Assembly: GCA_009922685.1 (NCBI GenBank)
Contig: RFVA01000002.1
Location: 18,215-82,214 of the forward strand
DNA from: Gammaproteobacteria bacterium
GTDB lineage: Bacteria > Pseudomonadota > Gammaproteobacteria > Methylococcales > Methylococcaceae
Direction: 5' to 3'
Length of the DNA: 64,000 bases
The notes beneath the pieces are model-generated. The model ran no database searches, was not told the origin of the DNA, and saw only the letters and a list, made by a program, of their open reading frames with translations. Position numbers and translations under genes: made by a program. How positions within the stretch are numbered: the stretch's first letter is position 1; the number at the start of each line of letters is the position of its first letter. Shown in pieces: positions 59,807-64,000 of the stretch.

Positions 59807-61474
59807 TCAGACCGTCAGGGGTTTGTAGCGGAGGCGATGAGGATTATCGGCCTCGTCACCCAAGCGGCGTTTACGGTCCGCCTCATAATCAGCATAGTTG
59901 CCTTCGAACCAGACCACCTTGCTGTCACCCTCAAAGGCCAGCATATGGGTGGCAATTCGGTCGAGGAACCAGCGATCATGCGAAATGACGACGGCACAAC
60001 CAGGGAAGTCAAGGAGGGCCTCTTCGAGCGCTCTTAAGGTCTCAACGTCAAGGTCATTGGTCGGTTCGTCCAAGAGAAGAACGTTACCGCCACTTTTGAG
60101 AAGTTTCGCAAGATGGACCCGGTTGCGCTCACCGCCTGAAAGGTCGCCGATGCGTTTTTGCTGGTCCGAACCTTTAAAGTTGAAGCGTCCGCAATAGGCG
60201 CGAGAGGGTGTCTGATAGGTTCCCACCGTGATCATGTCGAGACCGTCTGAGATCTCTTCCCACACGGTCTTGTTGCCATCGAGATGATCACGGGTTTGAT
60301 CGACATGGGCGATTTTGACTGTATCACCGATACGGATAGTCCCGGCGTCCGGAGACTCGACCCCAGCCATCATCCGAAAGAGGGTGGTTTTACCCGCTCC
60401 GTTCGGACCGATGATGCCGACGATACCGCCCGGCGGCAGCCTGAAGCTCAGGTCTTCGACCAGCAGTCGATCGCCAAAGCCTTTTTTGACGCCTTCGGCT
60501 TCGACCACGACATCGCCGAGGCGAGGGCCAGGTGGAATATAGATTTCTTTGGTTTCATTGCGGGCCTGGGTTTCCTGACTCGAGAGTTCTTCGAAGCGGG
60601 CCAGACGAGCCTTGCTCTTGGCATGGCGCCCCTTGGGATTTGTTCTTACCCACTCGAGTTCGGCCTTCATGGCTTTCATTCGAGCGCTTTCCTGTTTTTC
60701 CTCGATCTCTAGGCGCTTTTCCTTCTGTTCCAGCCAGGTCGAGTAGTTGCCCTCCCATGGAATACCATGGCCTCGATCGAGTTCAAGGATCCAGCCGGCG
60801 ACGTTGTCGAGGAAGTACCGATCATGGGTGACGGCGATCACGGTCCCCGGGAAGTCATGAAGGAAGCGTTCCAGCCAAGCGACCGACTCGGCATCCAGAT
60901 GGTTAGTCGGTTCATCCAGAAGAAGCATGTCAGGGCTTGAGAGGAGCAGCCGACACAAGGCGACTCGTCGACGCTCACCGCCGGATAGCTTGGTGACATC
61001 AGCATCCCAGTCGGGAAGCCGAAGGGCATCAGCCGCCATTTCAAGCGTCCGCTCAAGATTATGGCCATCGCTGGCCTGAAGGATGCTTTCAAGGCGGCCC
61101 TGTTCAGCGGCCAAGGCATCAAAATCGGCATCGGGCTCGGCGTAGGCGGCATAGACCTCATCCAGTCGCTTGAGCGCATCATTAATATGAGAGAGCGCTT
61201 CTTCGACGTTTTCGCGGACATTCTTATGAGGGTCTAGCTGAGGTTCCTGCGGAAGATAACCGATATTGATATCGGACTGCGGCCGCGCCTCGCCATTAAA
61301 TTCGGTATCGACACCCGCCATAATTCTCAGCAGGGTGGATTTACCCGAGCCGTTGAGGCCGAGGACGCCAATCTTGGCGCCAGGGTAGAAAGACAGGGAA
61401 ATATCCCTCAGAATCTCGCGTTTGGGAGGGACCACCTTGCCCACGCGGTTCATGGTATAAACGTATTGAGCCAT
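59807..61474 (-). CDS. ettA: Energy-dependent translational throttle protein EttA (ABC-F)
   Basis: [54 protein letters not shown] is the canonical EttA N-terminus. Two ABC cassettes, 555 aa. Confidence 0.95.
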   Translation of the reverse strand: MAQYVYTMNRVGKVVPPKREILRDISLSFYPGAKIGVLGLNGSGKSTLLRIMAGVDTEFNGEARPQSDINIGYLPQEPQLDPHKNVRENVEEALSHINDALKRLDEVYAAYAEPDADFDALAAEQGRLESILQASDGHNLERTLEMAADALRLPDWDADVTKLSGGERRRVALCRLLLSSPDMLLLDEPTNHLDAESVAWLERFLHDFPGTVIAVTHDRYFLDNVAGWILELDRGHGIPWEGNYSTWLEQKEKRLEIEEKQESARMKAMKAELEWVRTNPKGRHAKSKARLARFEELSSQETQARNETKEIYIPPGPRLGDVVVEAEGVKKGFGDRLLVEDLSFRLPPGGIVGIIGPNGAGKTTLFRMMAGVESPDAGTIRIGDTVKIAHVDQTRDHLDGNKTVWEEISDGLDMITVGTYQTPSRAYCGRFNFKGSDQQKRIGDLSGGERNRVHLAKLLKSGGNVLLLDEPTNDLDVETLRALEEALLDFPGCAVVISHDRWFLDRIATHMLAFEGDSKVVWFEGNYADYEADRKRRLGDEADNPHRLRYKPLTV

Positions 61475-61654
61475 CTCTTTTGAGCACAGGAAAGCGAAGT
61501 GAAGGCCATGTTCCAGTCAGGCTCCCAAGGTCGCTGGAGCCGGAAAATGACGTATAACGCCTGATTATCCCACATCCTGGGCCTTGGTATGGAACTGTTT
61601 TGGCGGTCGCTCGCCGGATGAGCACTTAAAGTGGTGAAGGAGCAGGGCCAGGAG

Positions 61655-62803
61655 ATGCTTCAATTAACGGCACAATCAGAGCCCTCTGGAGTTTCAGGGA
61701 TTGAAGCTAGCGAGTGGAATCGACTGACGGGGACAGACTTACCCTTTCTCCGGCATGAGTTTCTGGCGGCACTTGAATCCAAGGGTTGTCTTGGGGAGGC
61801 AGTGGGCTGGATTCCTTGCCCTCTTGTCCTCAAGGATGCTAAAGGCCATCTCCGAGGGGCCTTGCCGCGGTACCTTAAATTCAATTCCTTTGGCGAATTT
61901 GTGTTTGATTGGTCATGGGCTGAGGCCTATGAGCGAGCCGGGCTTTCCTATTATCCAAAGCATGTCGTTGCCGCGCCTTTTACCCCGGCCACGGGGACGA
62001 GACTGTTGACCGATCCATCCCTTTCCTCTCAGGACACCGGCCGGGCGCTGATGGCTCATGCGGTTGAAATGACTCTTGATGCGGGCGTTTCATCGCTGCA
62101 CTGGCTGTTTGCGACGGATCCTGAGCTTTCGGAGCGTTCTGATTTTCTCCCACGCTGGGGTTGTCAATTCCACTGGGAAAACCAAGGCTACCCCGATTTT
62201 GAGGCTTTTCTGGCGACCATGACGTCAAAACGCCGAAAGGAAATCCTGAGGGAGCGGCGTCAGGTTGAGGAGCGAGGTCTCGAGCTGGTTTGTCTTTCAG
62301 GGCTTGAGGTCAGTTCCAAGGAATGGCAGACCTTCCACGCGCTTTATCGAGGAACCTTTGATAAACACGGTAATTATCCAGCGCTGACCCTCGATTTTTT
62401 TAAGGAGATTGCCTCTACGATGGGGGATCAGGTGCTGCTGGTGGTGGCCCGACGTTGCGACGAGATGGTCGCCGCTGCCTATTTTCTGGTGGGCTCTGAC
62501 ACCCTTTACGGGCGTTACTGGGGCTGTGTTGAAGAAGTCCCGGGGCTTCACTTTGAGGCGTGTTACTACCAAGGGATTGAATACGCCATCGCCAAGGGCT
62601 TAAAGCACTTTGAGCCTGGGGCTCAGGGGGAGCATAAGATCAGTCGCGGTTTTCTGCCGACCACAACCCTCTCCTATCACTTCATTCCAGACCCGAGGTT
62701 TCGTGCGGCCATTGCCCGTCACCTTGCGTTCGAAAATCCGCGGGTTGAGGCCTATCGGAGTGCACTCATGGCGCGTTCTCCTTTCAAGCTGGCCATCCCG
62801 TGA
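61655..62803 (+). CDS. DUF482 / FemAB-like GNAT-fold protein
   Basis: LPFLRHEFLAALESKGCLGEAVGW...YLKFNSFGEFVFDWSWAEAYERAGLSYYPKHVVAAPFTPATGTRLL matches my recollection of the DUF482 (FemAB_like) family consensus. The start is ATG 61655 or GTG 61631. The stop overlaps the aat start (GTGA). Confidence 0.75.
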   Translation: MLQLTAQSEPSGVSGIEASEWNRLTGTDLPFLRHEFLAALESKGCLGEAVGWIPCPLVLKDAKGHLRGALPRYLKFNSFGEFVFDWSWAEAYERAGLSYYPKHVVAAPFTPATGTRLLTDPSLSSQDTGRALMAHAVEMTLDAGVSSLHWLFATDPELSERSDFLPRWGCQFHWENQGYPDFEAFLATMTSKRRKEILRERRQVEERGLELVCLSGLEVSSKEWQTFHALYRGTFDKHGNYPALTLDFFKEIASTMGDQVLLVVARRCDEMVAAAYFLVGSDTLYGRYWGCVEEVPGLHFEACYYQGIEYAIAKGLKHFEPGAQGEHKISRGFLPTTTLSYHFIPDPRFRAAIARHLAFENPRVEAYRSALMARSPFKLAIP

Positions 62804-63495
62804 TTCCGCATCTTGATCCAAAAAATCCCCATCAGGCGTTTCCGTCTGGGGATCAAGCGCTCGAAGAGCCCAATGGACTCCTCGCCCTCGGGGGCTGCCT
62901 CTCTAAGGAGCGCTTAGTCAACGCCTACCGACAAGGCATCTTTCCCTGGTTTAGCGAGGGGGAACCGATTCTTTGGTGGTCCCCGGACCCCCGCTTCGTG
63001 CTCCTCCCGGATCAACTGAAGGTGTCAAAAAGTCTTCGGCAACAGCGTCGAAAGCCTCTGTGGGAGGTCACCCATGATCGGGCCTTTGAAGCCGTGATGG
63101 CGGCCTGTGCTGAGCCAAGGCGGGATGGCGAAGGGACTTGGATCAGCCCTGCGATACAAAAAGCCTATCGGGTCCTGCATCATGAGGGGATCGCCCACTC
63201 CTTTGAAGCCTGGCAGGAGGGGGTTCTGGTCGGAGGTCTTTATGGCGTGGCCCTAGGTCAGGTCTTTTTCGGGGAATCCATGTTTCATCGGGTGACTGAT
63301 GCCTCGAAAGTCGCCTTCGTAACGGCCGTAGAGCGCCTTCGAGCCTGGGACTATCAACTCATCGATTGTCAGGTTCAGACCGATCACCTCTCAAGTCTTG
63401 GGGCCCTTCCCATGCCCCGCACTGAATTTCTTCTGGTGCTGAACAGGCTCTGTGGTAAGCCGGTTTCCGCGTCGGCCTGGGGTGTTTCCAAGTGA
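62800..63495 (+). CDS. aat: Leucyl/phenylalanyl-tRNA--protein transferase
   Basis: EPNGLLALGGCLSKERLVNAYRQGIFPWFSEGEPILWWSPDPRFVL...FGESMFH... is the Aat signature. Confidence 0.93.
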   Translation: MIPHLDPKNPHQAFPSGDQALEEPNGLLALGGCLSKERLVNAYRQGIFPWFSEGEPILWWSPDPRFVLLPDQLKVSKSLRQQRRKPLWEVTHDRAFEAVMAACAEPRRDGEGTWISPAIQKAYRVLHHEGIAHSFEAWQEGVLVGGLYGVALGQVFFGESMFHRVTDASKVAFVTAVERLRAWDYQLIDCQVQTDHLSSLGALPMPRTEFLLVLNRLCGKPVSASAWGVSK

Positions 63496-64000
63496 GCACT
63501 CTTGCCTTGTATCTCGGGCCTTTAGAGCCCTGTCCCTATCTCGATGGGCGGATCTCCCAAATGGCGTTTCTTGCCCCGGATGCCGTCGTCACCCCCCACC
63601 TCTTTAGCGTCTTGGTGGCGCATGGTTTCCGCCGCAGCGGATCGCTGATCTATCGTCCCCAGTGCCCGAACTGCAACGCGTGTGAGCCGGTGAGGATTCC
63701 GGTTAACCAATTTAAGCCGAGCCGGACGCAGCGACGGAGCGAAAAGTATTTTGCCGATGTCATCGTGGTCGAGCGCCCAGCGATCTTTAATGCTGAGCAT
63801 TATGATCTTTATCGGCGCTATCAGATGGCGCGACATCCAGAGGGCAACATGGGTCAGGCGGGACCTCAGGAGTACATCGATTTTCTAGCCAATGATCGCT
63901 TTGAAGGGACGGTGTTCTTGGAGTTTATCCACGGCGATCACCTCATGGGTGTCGCAGTCGTTGATGAATTGGATCAGGGTTTCTCCGCGGTCTATACCTT
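63492..64000 (+). CDS. bpt: Arginyl-tRNA-protein-transferase-like Bpt (aspartate/glutamate leucyltransferase), 3' end truncated by the window edge
   Basis: Not in the track because there is no stop in the window. My translation from GTG 63492 gives (M)STLALYLGPLEPCPYLDGRISQMAFLAPDAVVTPHLFSVLVAHGFRRSGSLIYRPQCPNCNACEPVRIPVNQFKPSRTQRR..., the ATE_N CxxC...CxxC pattern. The start overlaps the aat stop (GTGA). Confidence 0.9.
   Translation, partial: MSTLALYLGPLEPCPYLDGRISQMAFLAPDAVVTPHLFSVLVAHGFRRSGSLIYRPQCPNCNACEPVRIPVNQFKPSRTQRRSEKYFADVIVVERPAIFNAEHYDLYRRYQMARHPEGNMGQAGPQEYIDFLANDRFEGTVFLEFIHGDHLMGVAVVDELDQGFSAVYT

Noticed and set aside
1-64000. CRISPR arrays, tandem repeats, IS elements, toxin-antitoxin pairs, and restriction-modification or other defence genes.
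   Set aside because: Reading both strands, I found no spaced direct repeats, no transposase, integrase or recombinase-like ORFs, and no unassigned multi-gene block. Every ORF over 100 aa that is not a shadow frame is accounted for by a housekeeping-type gene, except the small orphan at 41875..42258.

Overview
This window is a densely packed core-chromosome segment with gammaproteobacterial gene order and moderately high GC by eye. I support about 60 protein genes, one tRNA and several intrinsic terminators.

Gene content, left to right:
- A tripartite RND efflux operon (outer-membrane factor, membrane fusion protein, RND pump); the pump runs off the left edge.
- uvrA, dtd and a rhodanese.
- A malyl-CoA lyase plus malate/succinate thiokinase module (mcl-mtkAB-like).
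- A coiled-coil outer-membrane beta-barrel protein, then pip and ubiX.
- A complete pqqABCDE cluster. The 24-aa pqqA is too short to appear in the ORF track.
- A translationally coupled GNAT / C-N hydrolase / citramalate synthase trio, then hslR.
- rimP-nusA-infB-rbfA-truB-rpsO-pnp.
- The EF-P lysylation module epmB/efp/epmA, then tRNA-Ser(GGA).
- mutL, hrpA, purT, a lytic transglycosylase and maf.
- yceD-rpmF-plsX-fabHDG-acpP-fabF-pabC-mltG-tmk-holB.
- metG, a DUF815 ATPase, deaD and ettA.
- DUF482-aat-bpt; bpt runs off the right edge.

I found no CRISPR array, transposase, integrase, prophage, toxin-antitoxin pair or recognisable defence island. I therefore do not claim a novel system here.

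The most unusual thing visible in the sequence is that the essential infB gene is broken into two frames. An apparent internal out-of-frame deletion removes the conserved linker between the G3 and C1 domains. Lesser observations:
- Two tandem terminator hairpins lie in the rimP-nusA leader.
- The rpsO-pnp spacer is only 23 nt.
- A serine-cycle-like mcl-mtk module sits about 3 kb from the pqq genes.
- Three consecutive, start/stop-overlapping genes at the right edge all have aminoacyl-tRNA-transferase-type folds (DUF482-aat-bpt).

All start codons are inferred by eye from homolog N-termini and Shine-Dalgarno (SD) motifs. All family assignments are from recalled motifs, not database searches.
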